Assembly (NCBI GenBank): GCA_964106645.2
Contig: OZ067046.1
Strand: one strand, 5' to 3'
Source of the DNA: Podarcis pityusensis
Lineage: Eukaryota
DNA length: 64,000 bases
Shown: positions 14,178 to 24,782 of the stretch, piece by piece
Numbering within the stretch: the stretch's first letter is position 1
Layout of the letters: the number at the start of each line of letters is the position of its first letter
Made by a program: the position numbers and the translations under genes
The notes under the pieces: model-generated
Seen by the model: only the letters and a program-made list of their open reading frames with translations
Database searches by the model: none
Told to the model about the DNA's origin: nothing

Positions 14178-14904
14178 GTATGTAACTTTATTGCTGTTTG
14201 TGGTCCAGAAATAATACAAATGGAGAATTAAGAACTCAGGGTGGGGAGAGGTAATAGTAGATGCAACAGTAGCTTGGGAGACAGTGAGATGAGAGAAATA
14301 ACCCAGAGGAGCCTCCATACTGTTTTGATAATGCATGTTGTGTTAGCATACACTCACCACAAGAAACACCATCACAAACAGAACTTGTTTGGGAATCAAA
14401 AAGTTACTTTTTTGTTTAATTCCATTGGCTTAGTTCAGAACCATTTCCCTTCTTGTATAGTTAGGTGATTTGTAAGGTGGTGACAAGTTTAACTATGGCC
14501 AGTTTCTTCAGCAACATATATCTCTAGTACAGGAGAACCATTCCTAATTGCTTAACTTGATTGATGGCATTGCCTTGTTTCAGCTATACGTTCTTCCCAT
14601 TTTATGGCAGAATATGTACCTTGGGGCCTGTGAAGTAGGGAAACACGGAGAGCTGTGCTAGTTCACTTGTTACTGCATTTGTCACTTATACCTCATACTG
14701 TTAGTGACAAATTCCAAATGGATTGGAATTAGAAGTAATGAAGTATCTTCATTGTAGGAGCAGCTACTCAGATGCTAAAGGAAGAATGTTCTCTCATTTT
14801 CCCAGTATCAGATACTTCTATGTCTTTGGCCAGCTGCTTCATTTTCCCATTAGTTGAAGCCATGGGATGTACTAAAACCATACATTTCATGCATGCATTT
14901 TCAG

Positions 14905-15036
14905 ATTACGGGGAACGCAATCTGGAAGAGCTTTTGCGGAAAACCTATCTTCTCATCACCACATTGCAACAAGGACTGTGTATGTGTAGGATGTGTGGAT
15001 GGAAATTTATATTGCTTTAGCCACTTTGGAGAAAAG
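14905..15036 (+). CDS. AASDH: AASDH exon ITGNAIWKSFCGKPIFSSP...GCVDGNLYCFSHFGEK
   Basis: ttttcag acceptor, aag|gtaagc donor; 44 codons. Confidence 0.95.
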
Positions 15037-15736
15037 GTAAGCACCTGTCTTTATTATCTTTTCTTGTTTTCAAAACTTGGATTAGAAAACTTGGATTAGA
15101 ATTAACTCAATTCACACCTTTTAGCATCCATACTGGCCCAGTGGAGCTTGTGTTATGTAAATCTGTTTTTCACAAGTAAGAAGAGTCACACTGGAGCAGA
15201 GAAAAGGTCTATCTAGTCCAGCATCCTGTTTCACACAGGGGCCAGGCATGTGTGCTATTGCCTTCATGTCATTTTTGCACCCGAGTGCATCACATTACTA
15301 AGGATTGGGAAGTTTTGGTCCACAAGCCAAATGTGGTCCACCAGTTACTTCCATAGAGCCCACAGCTGGCGCAGATTATCACCACCATTGCAGCAGGTTC
15401 GGACAAATTCCTCCGTCAGGCAGTGGAGCCCAGTAGCATTTCTATCAGGAAGAACTTGATACAGTGGGGATCATTGGAATGCCCTTGAAAGCACAATGCA
15501 GGCTAGCTTATAGCCTGCCTGATATGCATCTCCAAAGGTCTTCTCAAGTGGACTCCTGTCTGAGGATGGAAGCCTTGGAAAGATGAGATCAGCTGGGGGC
15601 CCTTGCTGGAAGCTGCTCCATACTTTTTCTTGAAAGTTGATGTATGCAGTATCTTCCAGATTGGAGTTGGAAAATTCCAGTAGGTTAGTGAGACAGGACT
15701 TACCTTTGCAGAAGCCACGTGATTATTCAAAACCCA

Positions 15737-15824
15737 CAGTGCAGTCATATACATGTCTACTCAGAGGCAAGCCCCATTGAGTTCAGTGGGTCTTTCCCCA
15801 GGTAAATCTGTATAGGATTGCACA
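15737..15824. repeat. Short (about 85 bp) quasi-palindromic interspersed repeat; degenerate copies near 1205, 2600, 13590, 28315, 52045
   Basis: GTGCA..C.TATAC...CCCATTGAGTTCAGTGGG...TATAGGATTGCAC pattern recurs. Confidence 0.65.
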
Positions 15825-16795
15825 CTTGATAATGCTTTCTACCAGTTTACTAGAGCTGATAGTGGTAACCTAACTGGATTATCGTTTCAGTATCTTTCTA
15901 GTCCATAAGGCTGTTCTGCTTTAACCTTTGATTTTAATACCCAAATACGTATTTATAAGCATAATTTATCTCAACATGTGCATTTTGATACTTCTTTGAG
16001 CCAAGGACTGTTATAACTTTGAGAAGTCTCTTTAAATACATGTTGAGTTCGCAAGCGCCATCTTTGCTGTTTCTAGTCAGTTCAACACTTCCATCTCACC
16101 CAAAGTCCTTGGGTCCATCTAGGATTTACTATAAGGTCAAGTCCTAGTTCTTGGTTCCAAGACCAACTTGTTCTAGGAAATCTAGAAATTTTGCCTTAGT
16201 CATGTCTGGAACATGCATCTACCCAGTTTGTGTGAGTTATCCATAGCTACAGCATTTCTTCCTTGATTTTGCTCTCAAGATCACTCTGGGCATTGTGGGG
16301 TGGGGTGAGAGGATGTCTCTGCTACGATTTTATTTTATTTTTGTAGGTGGGGGGGACTGCTTTTGCTATCAACTGCAGTTCTTGGGAGTATCTATCACTT
16401 TTGAGTTTTCTAGTTGGACTCTGGTGACTTCATCTTCAAGCCCTAATTCACACATGCATGTACTTGGAGGTGCTTCACTTTAGGTTTCAGTTGAGGACTT
16501 GGCAGCTGAATATATGGAATATATGCAAATATGTATGAGGTGATAAGAAAGCTCTGTGTACTTCTTGAGCTGTGATAGCTGCTTCAAGTGAAGCAGCTAC
16601 TGAATATCTTAATGAATGCGCGTGGGTGAAATGAAAAAGGTGAGTCTGCTGGATTAGGCCTCAAATTGTATAATTTGTAAAGTTATTTGTGAGGAGGTAC
16701 AAAGGCTGGCACTCATTTGTGGCAGCAGTAAAACATCTGGCTGACAGTAATAGAAATTTCAGGAACTTATTTACTTTCTTGATATTGTCACACAG

Positions 16796-17194
16796 ATTTG
16801 GAAGTTTTCCAGCAATGGACCAATTTTTTCATCGCCATGTATTTCAGATTTTTCCAGCGATATATTTTTTGGATCCCATGACAACTTTACTTACTGCTGT
16901 AGTACGGAAGGTAATTTATTGTGGAAATTTGAAACAACATCAACTGTATATGCAATTCCATTTGTTTTCCATCATCCTGCCTTACAAGGTGAAACACTTC
17001 TGGCAGTGGCATCCACAGATGGCAAAATATGGATCTTGAATGCCAAGACTGGCTTGGTAGAAGGTGAAGAGAAGCTTCCAGGAGAAGTGTTCTCATCTCC
17101 TGTTGTATGGGGAACAACGATCATTGTAGGCTGTAGAAATAACTATATTTATTGCTTTGATTTATGTGTTTCTAAAACCAAATATGGTGTCTAA
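16796..17194 (+). CDS. AASDH: AASDH last coding exon IWKFSSNGPIFSSP...GEVFSSPVVWG...GCRNNYIYCFDLCVSKTKYGV*
   Basis: cacag acceptor; in frame with ORF 16919..17194; TAA stop. Confidence 0.95.
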   Translation: MWKFSSNGPIFSSPCISDFSSDIFFGSHDNFTYCCSTEGNLLWKFETTSTVYAIPFVFHHPALQGETLLAVASTDGKIWILNAKTGLVEGEEKLPGEVFSSPVVWGTTIIVGCRNNYIYCFDLCVSKTKYGV

Positions 17195-17235
17195 AATTTC
17201 CCTTTTTGGGTATTTTTAATTTTGCTTGTACAAAA

Positions 17236-17956
17236 TAGTGCTGGGTGGTGTTAGGTTTTCAACATCACACTGTACCACCAGCCAAGCACTGTGATCTGAC
17301 GATACACCGTGATGTTGAAACAAGCCGCGTTGGCCCCACCCTGTGAGGTGTGGGGTAAAACTGCTGCAGCTCTCACTGCAGGAGCTGAGGAGCTTTCACC
17401 CTAATGCCTCATGGGCAGGGACAATGCAACTTGTTTGCACTGCTCAGCGAGTCCAATGTCTGCTGAGGGGCAGGCAGCCATATGCCCCTAACAGAGAGGT
17501 TTAAGGGGGGAACCCCACCCCCACCTCTGGCTTAGGTGAGGTGGGGGCTCTGTTACACTTGAGGAAGCCCGGCGAGCTACCTCTTTCTCCCAGGAGGTTG
17601 AGGCAACCCGCTCACCCCCCCTCAAGTGTAATAGAGCCCCAACCCCACCACTGGCTTGCTACACTTCCCTGCTGAGCGGTGGGCAGCTACGCACCCCAGA
17701 ACTTCAAAGGAGCCATCTGCCTGTGCAGGCAGCTGAGGGAGGAACAAATGTAGCTTGCTCCTCTGTCAGCAGTATGAGGGCCAGAGCGCAATGGCTGCTT
17801 CACTCAGTGGTGAAACGTCTGCTGCAGCTCGTTTCTCCCTTGCCCGCTGGTGACAGAGGGAGTCAGCAGTGGCAGTTTCACCCGCAATATACTGCCAGGT
17901 GAAGCAGCCATCGTGGTCTGTCCCTGGGTGATGTATCTATACATTGCCCAGGCCTA
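17236..17956. mobile_element. Non-autonomous hAT-type DNA transposon just downstream of the AASDH stop
   Basis: Imperfect TIR TAGTGCTGGG / CCCAGGCCTA; perfect 8-bp TSD GTACAAAA at 17228-17235 and 17957-17964. Confidence 0.85.
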
Positions 17957-18738
17957 GTACAAAATAGAAAACCTTGCCTTCAGAGCAAAATCATCTATTA
18001 ACTTAAACCGAGCTTCCTGACATAACAGAGTTATCTTGACATCAAGTTACCTTGTGTACTTTACATAAAAATATTTTAATAGCCATGGTCATCACTGGCT
18101 AATATATTAAAATGTACTGACCATGGCTGTGTTAGATGCCATACTATATTTTACCAGGGCACTTTAGAATGTGGAGTAATTTTGATCCCCGCAATAGCGT
18201 CATTTGAAGTTATGGATTTGCTAATACAAAGCATTTCGAAAACATGGCTGGAGCATTTTATTTGAGAGCAGCATTCAACCCCCAACACTGATGGCGTGAT
18301 AGAAAAGTACTGTACTGAATATTGCAGGAATGGATGAGCTGGTAGGGTTCAAGGGTTCACTGTTTAACTTTTTATCATATATTGCAATACGATATATGTG
18401 CGGGGTAAGTGTCCCACCAAGACAAGGATTGCTGCTTGCACAGAACAGGACGTCCTGCCTCCTCTTCCCCTGCACAGACACCTGCTTCAGAGGGTTGAGG
18501 GAAGCACCAGAGGAAATTGAGGGGGGAAAGCCCTGTTGCCCAAGCAGGAATCCGTGTGCTGGCAGGACACTTAATGCTGCTTTGGCTCATTTCTGTAATG
18601 TGGAAATGACAAAACAGAAGTTTACATTTGTTCCAGAAAACAGGTAGATGTTGAAAATCAAAGTGCTAATGTTGTGAAACAATGTGCTCTTTCTATTACA
18701 TGCTATAAGGATCATGCATAGCATACAGGACATTTTTT

Positions 18739-18769
18739 ATTTTAGTATATGTGCTGCCGAAGCGAGCAC
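18739..18769 (-). pseudogene. RNU6: 3'-truncated (tailless) U6 snRNA retrocopy, U6 nt 1-31
   Basis: Reverse complement GTGCTCGCTTCGGCAGCACATATACTAAAAT equals the U6 5' end; flanked by 17-bp direct repeat CATACAGGACATTTTTT at 18722-18738 and 18770-18786. Confidence 0.93.
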
Positions 18770-19141
18770 CATACAGGACATTTTTTAAAGGTAATATCTA
18801 TGTCCATATAGGTGCTCCTAACTGTTATGGATGAATTTTTGAGTGAAGATCACAGGGAGGTATCTAATGTCATGGGAGCAGACAAGGCATGACTTCCCTT
18901 TCCTGTCTTCCTCACTGTAACTCTCCATGCCATCCTAATCTGCTTCTAAGTCCTTCAAGCCCATAAAGCAGATTTTAGGGACACACCGGGGGTGGGGTGG
19001 GTAGGGAAAGTTCCATTTATGGGAGTACAACTCACTGTTTTTTCCCTGAATTATCACCAACAGGAACGAACTTCTTGTTAAACCTTTTCATGTAACCTTA
19101 AAAAAACAAGCAGCAATGAATAACCCATAAATGAAAACATA

Positions 19142-19147
19142 AATAAA
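19142..19147 (+). terminator. Candidate AASDH poly(A) signal AATAAA
   Basis: First AATAAA I see after the AASDH stop, followed by a U/GU-rich stretch; an earlier ATTAAA lies at 18106-18111. Confidence 0.45.
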
Positions 19148-19182
19148 AAGTACTTTCAAAGCTACATAAACACTTGTCTTTT

Positions 19183-19188
19183 TTTATT
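19183..19188 (-). terminator. Candidate CRACD poly(A) signal AATAAA
   Basis: TTTATT on +; ends an AU-rich stretch of about 3.8 kb below the CRACD stop; GU/U-rich sequence follows on the - strand. Confidence 0.55.
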
Positions 19189-22100
19189 GAAATAGAACAA
19201 ATTTTCCGTGATTAACCATTTACATTAAAATTTGACGATCAAAAACCAAAAAGAGAAATTGCACTAATATATCCCGTAGTCATAGATCATTTTACTTAGG
19301 TTTTATTGTTGGTAAAAACACATAATTAGATACCTATAGCAATTCAGGCTTTTCTTAGAAGATAAACCTGACATTTGTAACAAAAAGACAATGAATACGT
19401 ACATCTTCTGATAACTTTCAGCAGATTATAATTTAATAGGAATTAAAATGACATTAGTATAAGAAACAATTGCACTTTAAAACATTTGAAAAATTAAAAA
19501 AGTACACAAAACAAAACCCCACAATTGTACATTTGTTCATAATTTTATACACCACTATATGAACAACAGAGGTTAAGCATCTGTGACCTCAGAAATAATA
19601 TTTTGTTCCCAAACGTTAGTGATGCCCAACTCCTGTTGAAATCAATACAACTTATTAATTTCAACAGAACTTGGATATGATTAACTTCCTATAGCTTAAG
19701 TCTTTTGTATATAAGTTACTCCACCGCCACCAAAAGTTGAGACCATATTCTACATAGTGGTCAGATCAGTTTTTTTAAGCGTTTTGAATAAATGTCATGT
19801 TTGTTCAGTAGAAAGGCTGTGGCAGAGCTTAAGCAAAGTAACACTTCATTGGTATTTAGTGCAAAATTTTCAAGTTGACTTTTACATGAAATGAAAATGT
19901 TGAAAATATAGGCTTCTAAAAAGGTTTCCAAACCAATATTGTACATACCCCCAACTCTGATCCAGATACTGATTCATGAATGGAAATGGTTTTCCCCTTC
20001 CTATAAATGCAACAGAGTGCTGCTTTGGACACCCCCCTCCCCCATCAAATGACTGGGGAAATATCTGCAGGGGCAGCACACCTTGCAGTGTAACCAATAC
20101 GTCAACTGATACCCTGATCATGTGTAAAGTAGAGTGAAGGGAAAGTGGGTTCCTCCCAACTTAAGTCCAGGTGTCCCTTACTGCCTACAGTATGCTCAGG
20201 GCTATCAGTGCTGATGGTATTCCTGTTGAACAGGGGATACACAGCCTTCTGGTTTCCTTGGTTCTCTGGATCAGAGCCTCTGAATACTATTTTCGTACAC
20301 TAGACCCCCTCATGCTTGAAAACACTTTGCTTCTGAAGCTTTTGAACTATTTACTCACTATACGCTCTATGCTAACAGTGTGTCTAGAATTATTTGGTAG
20401 GTCTTTCCCCCCCTTTTATCATGCAAGTAGCACCTTTCCCCCTAAAATTATTATTCATCCCACCCAACTCTCCAGTTTTCAACTCCCACATTCCCCTTTC
20501 CTGCTCTCCTATTCCCAAATGGATTTGAGGAAACAAAGTTGTAATTGCAGTTTATGCAATTCCCAGTTTAAGCACTACTAGATTAAGTGTGCTTTAAAAA
20601 CATTTTCTGCCACCAGCAAGAGGCTTCTGCACCAATCAAGGCAAGCCTGTACTTCCTTTGTATACAGGCTGTACTATGTGCTTACTTATCCCAACATTCA
20701 GCAGGAGCTCTTCCTGGTGTCAGCAGGTTAACTCTCTCTAAAATAAAGGAGGGTCACCAGTAAGTTTTGCATGAGATGGACATCCACAAACAGACTTTTC
20801 CCATCATGTCCCTGCTGGCCAGAAGGAGCCCCATCTGTGCTTGTATTACGTAGGTATCTGGGTTTGTGCCGTGGGTTAAACAAAAAGCCTCAACATACCT
20901 GTTACATTGGTTGAAATCTTTGCCGCTTAAGTGGAAGCATATGAGCTGTTTTCAATTCTTCAAGTAACTGGCTCTTTATGAACTTGATTCCCACGAAATC
21001 CTAAAGGCTGCTTTTGCCTTAAACATTTGTAATAATCCTGAAATTGATGGGTTATTTAGGAACGCGTATGGTTTGAATTTAAATATGAAACCAAAAACAA
21101 CACTGGTAGCCCAATAACCACATGGACATCGCTTCGTGTAGCAGCTACATAACTGCCAAAACCCCTTTGTGCTTGCAATTTTACAGAAACACAACTGACC
21201 TTTTGTTTCCTCTGTAGGATGCCTATTCATTAACAGCATCTGCTGCCTTAAAAATGTACTCTGGAGCAGAACTGCAGTTCTCAAAATGTTCCTTGGATTA
21301 ATTATTGAGTTCTTCCATTATTCTGGCAAAACAAATGTGGTACTATGAGGGATCCTGTTGAATTAGCCATTAGTTAATCAAAATGCACCTTCGCCTCTTA
21401 TGAACAAAAGGGGCTTTAAAAATATAACTAGTTTTAGGTGGAATAGTTAGAAGACCCCATTTGCTGTAGAATCCACAAACCAGGCAAACTGAAGTTCTGT
21501 TTAAACCAGTTCGTATCTACTGGAACAATCTGAATTCCATACCTTGTAGACCTATTTGGTGATCCTTGAATTTGAAGCAGTTTTAAAAGTAACCATAAAA
21601 ACACATCACTGTTTCCTCCACATTTTAGAGAGAAAAAGATTTAAAGGGAAATAAGACTTACATGCAAATAAATTACACTTATCCCTGCAATGTTCTTTAG
21701 CCAGATTTACAATCTGAAGTCTGTTCTACGACTTCCTGTACTGAGTATCTAACCGTAACTACATATTTTTAAAACATGCTGTTAACAAAAGTGCTGAAGT
21801 CATGTTCCGCCAGCGTAACATGCAGATATGCCGGCACAGATGTTGAAAATCAAAGTGCTAATTAAGTACAGAAAACAATTATTTTCCTGAGAATATGCAA
21901 TCTAAGGTCCATAAGAATGAAGTCCAAACAGTCTAGTTCCTGCAGTTCAAAAATCCCCCATTTTCACAAAGCTGGAATCATGTCTCCTTTTGTTAATACT
22001 TTGGGTTCCTAATATGCAATCATTTAGGCATAGGGATAGTTACAGTGCATGGCTAAGTGGTTTTTTGTAGAATATTTAAATTATGTATAATTTGAAAGAT

Positions 22101-23007
22101 TAGTGCTTGTGGTTGTTCTGCCTTCACATGTGCTTTTAATCCTATTTTTATCTGTGCCGTGCGACCAATCACTGAAAGATGGAGGTGTATAGCTTACTTC
22201 TGCACACAGCGGCAGTAAAAATATTATAATGGATTTTGCATGAGAGCTTCTGCATGGTTTGGAGAATCATTGCAGGAAAATGCATATTTGATGCCACCCT
22301 GTTTCAGCATGTTAATTATTTATATATATTTCCAGTTAGAAGCAACTGATAAAGGCAATTTTTGTCACAACTAAGCTTTTTAAAACAAAATACTGAATTT
22401 GTGAAAATATCTTGATGGGTTCTCATTACAGGAGAGCTAACTCCATTAATAGCTCCAAACTGAGAGACGCTACTATATTGCAAACTCTATGGTAGGACTA
22501 AGGCAGGTCTTCCAGAATCCTGTAGAGATTTATAAATTTATCAGTAAATGGTATTACTTTCTCCATTCAAAAGTGGAAACAACATGTGCATTACATTCAT
22601 TTTAGCAGCTTAAGTGGCTGGAATATCTGCTTTGCAGCAACGTATTAAAAAAAAAAAGCACAAATGGAAATCCATACCATCAGAGCCAAAATTCAGGAAC
22701 ATTTCGGCACCGATCCTTAAAGTGATATGAACCCCTAACACATAGCATCCGTATGCTTTCAAGAGAGAGGAAACTTGAGTTTTGTGCCTAAACCTCTATT
22801 CCATAGTCCCTAGATTTTTGATGCAAAAGATTCTAAAATGTAGGTGAAATCTGCAGTGAGCCAGGAAAAACAGGTAAAACTGTTAAAAATGTTCATCCTT
22901 CAGGATATGCGCTTATTTTTGTCCCAGTTGGTTCTGTCATGTGAAAATACAAATAAAGAGGAGAGAGCAATTAATAAACAACAGAAAAAGAGCAAAACCA
23001 GTATCGT

Positions 23008-23168
23008 TTACTTAATGATTTGGGGGCAGTCACTCCAGGCTTTTGCTTTCCTCTTGGCTAAGGCCAGCCAGGCAGGCTCTGTCGACACCGGATTTGCTTC
23101 TGGCGTGGAGAATCTCTTGGTGACTTCTTTAGTCAAGGGTGACGGTGGAAGAGAATCTGAGATCTCCA
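23008..23168 (-). CDS. CRACD: CRACD last coding exon EISDSLPPSP...KRFSTPEANPVSTEPAWLALAKRKAKAWSDCPQIIK*
   Basis: taacag acceptor; conserved C-terminal W-containing motif; TAA at 23010-23008. Confidence 0.95.
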
Positions 23169-24185
23169 CTGTTAATGAAAAAAAGGGAAAGATCCATCAC
23201 TGCAAAGTAAAATGGCAGAAACCTACCAGAAACATTGTCATGTGCATGTTCAGTGTGGCAGGAGAGCCATTTTAATAGGCAGGCAAGAAAGTTGGAGAGA
23301 GCAAATATTTCACAGCAAAATTCAAAGGCCTGCCCAAGATTGAATTGGAAAAAGGGAGATATACTTGAAGTGCATTCTTATTCATTTTTTAAATAATTCA
23401 CAACAGCCAGAGTTATAGGTGTTTCTGAGGAATAACCACTCCCTCCTCCATGGTGCCCTAGCTATGTGAGTTTCTTCCATTTTATACTGTATTTTATAAA
23501 ATGTTCAGTGTTATCACTGGGGAAGGTAAACTGAGCCTGCCTCAATCTAGACTTTGTCTTTATTGTTGGTTAGTAAGTGAAAACCAAGTCCTTCTTCTGG
23601 AAAAGGAAGGACTTTTGTGGCAATTGAGAAGAAGGTTCCATGTCTGTTGAGTCCTGTTTCAGGCTTCTCTTAAACTTTAGGAGGAATTGTGTAAGAAAAT
23701 AAAAGTTAATTGTTCACATCTTCCTCGACTCAAGTGTAACATTAAGTCAAAGCAGAATCCAACAATTTCAGCTTTTGGAACAATACCCGATGATCAAGCA
23801 GCCCTGCATTCAGAGCACATGCACCACCCACACATATGCACACTAACTACATAAATTGGTGCGTACCAAGGGATCAAGAGTTCCTTAAAGCAGTAGATTG
23901 CTACAAAAGCCTAAAATCGGGGAAAATAATTTTCAAGCATTTCTCCATCACCTGTCCTTTGTATGGCCACAACAATGCATAAGTTTTAATTCATCTGAAG
24001 CTGCAGAAGCGTTCATCATTGGAAGCTGAATTTATAGCTGTGGACAGCATAAAGGGTTTGAACCATTCACCCTACTTTCACATCTAAGTTTGTTGGGTAT
24101 GAATTCTTTCAAGAAACATTACACTCCTAAGGAGAGGACTGCCTACCTTGCTGACATGCTATACTAATGAAAAGTTTCCTACTTA

Positions 24186-24782
24186 CCGTAATTTTCACTC
24201 TATAGGATGCACTTTTTCCCCTCCAAAAATTAAGGGGAAATGTGTGTGCGTCCTATGCAGCGAATGCAGGCTCCTTGGCTTCAGCGATAGCAACGCGAAG
24301 CCTCCAAAGCGCAGAGGGAGCGCTCCCTCCGCGCTCCGGAGGCTTTGCGTTGCTTTCACTGAAGCCTGGAGACTGAGAGGGGTCAGTGCGCACTGACCCC
24401 TCTCACTCTCCAGGCTTCAGGGATAGCCGCCTGAAGCCTCTGGAGCACAGCGGGAACTCGCGCTGCGCTGCGAAGGCTTCAGGGATAGCCGCCTGAAACC
24501 TCCAGAGGCTGTGGGTTGCCTTCACTGAAGCTAGGAGAGCAAGACTCCCCTGGCTTCAGCGAAAGGAACCTGAAGCCTCCAGAGCGCAGCAGGAGCTCCA
24601 GAGCGCAGCAGGAACCTGAAGCCCCTTCAGCTAAGCAGGAGAAATGGAAGGGGCTCCGTTTCTCCTGCCGCTTCGCTGAAGGGATGCTGAGCAGAGAGGG
24701 TGATATTTTTTCCCCCTTGTTCTCCCCCTCTAAAACAATGTGCGTCTTATGGTCGGTGCATCCTATAGAGCGAAAAATACGG
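24186..24782 (+). mobile_element. Tc2-like (Tc1/mariner superfamily) MITE, copy 1
   Basis: TIR CCGTAATTTTCACTCTATAGGATGCAC / GTGCATCCTATAGAGCGAAAAATACGG, TA flanks, internal palindromes; related copy at 48315. Confidence 0.88.

Noticed and set aside
18739-18769. Functional U6 gene
   Set aside because: Only the first 31 nt are present and they are bounded by a TSD
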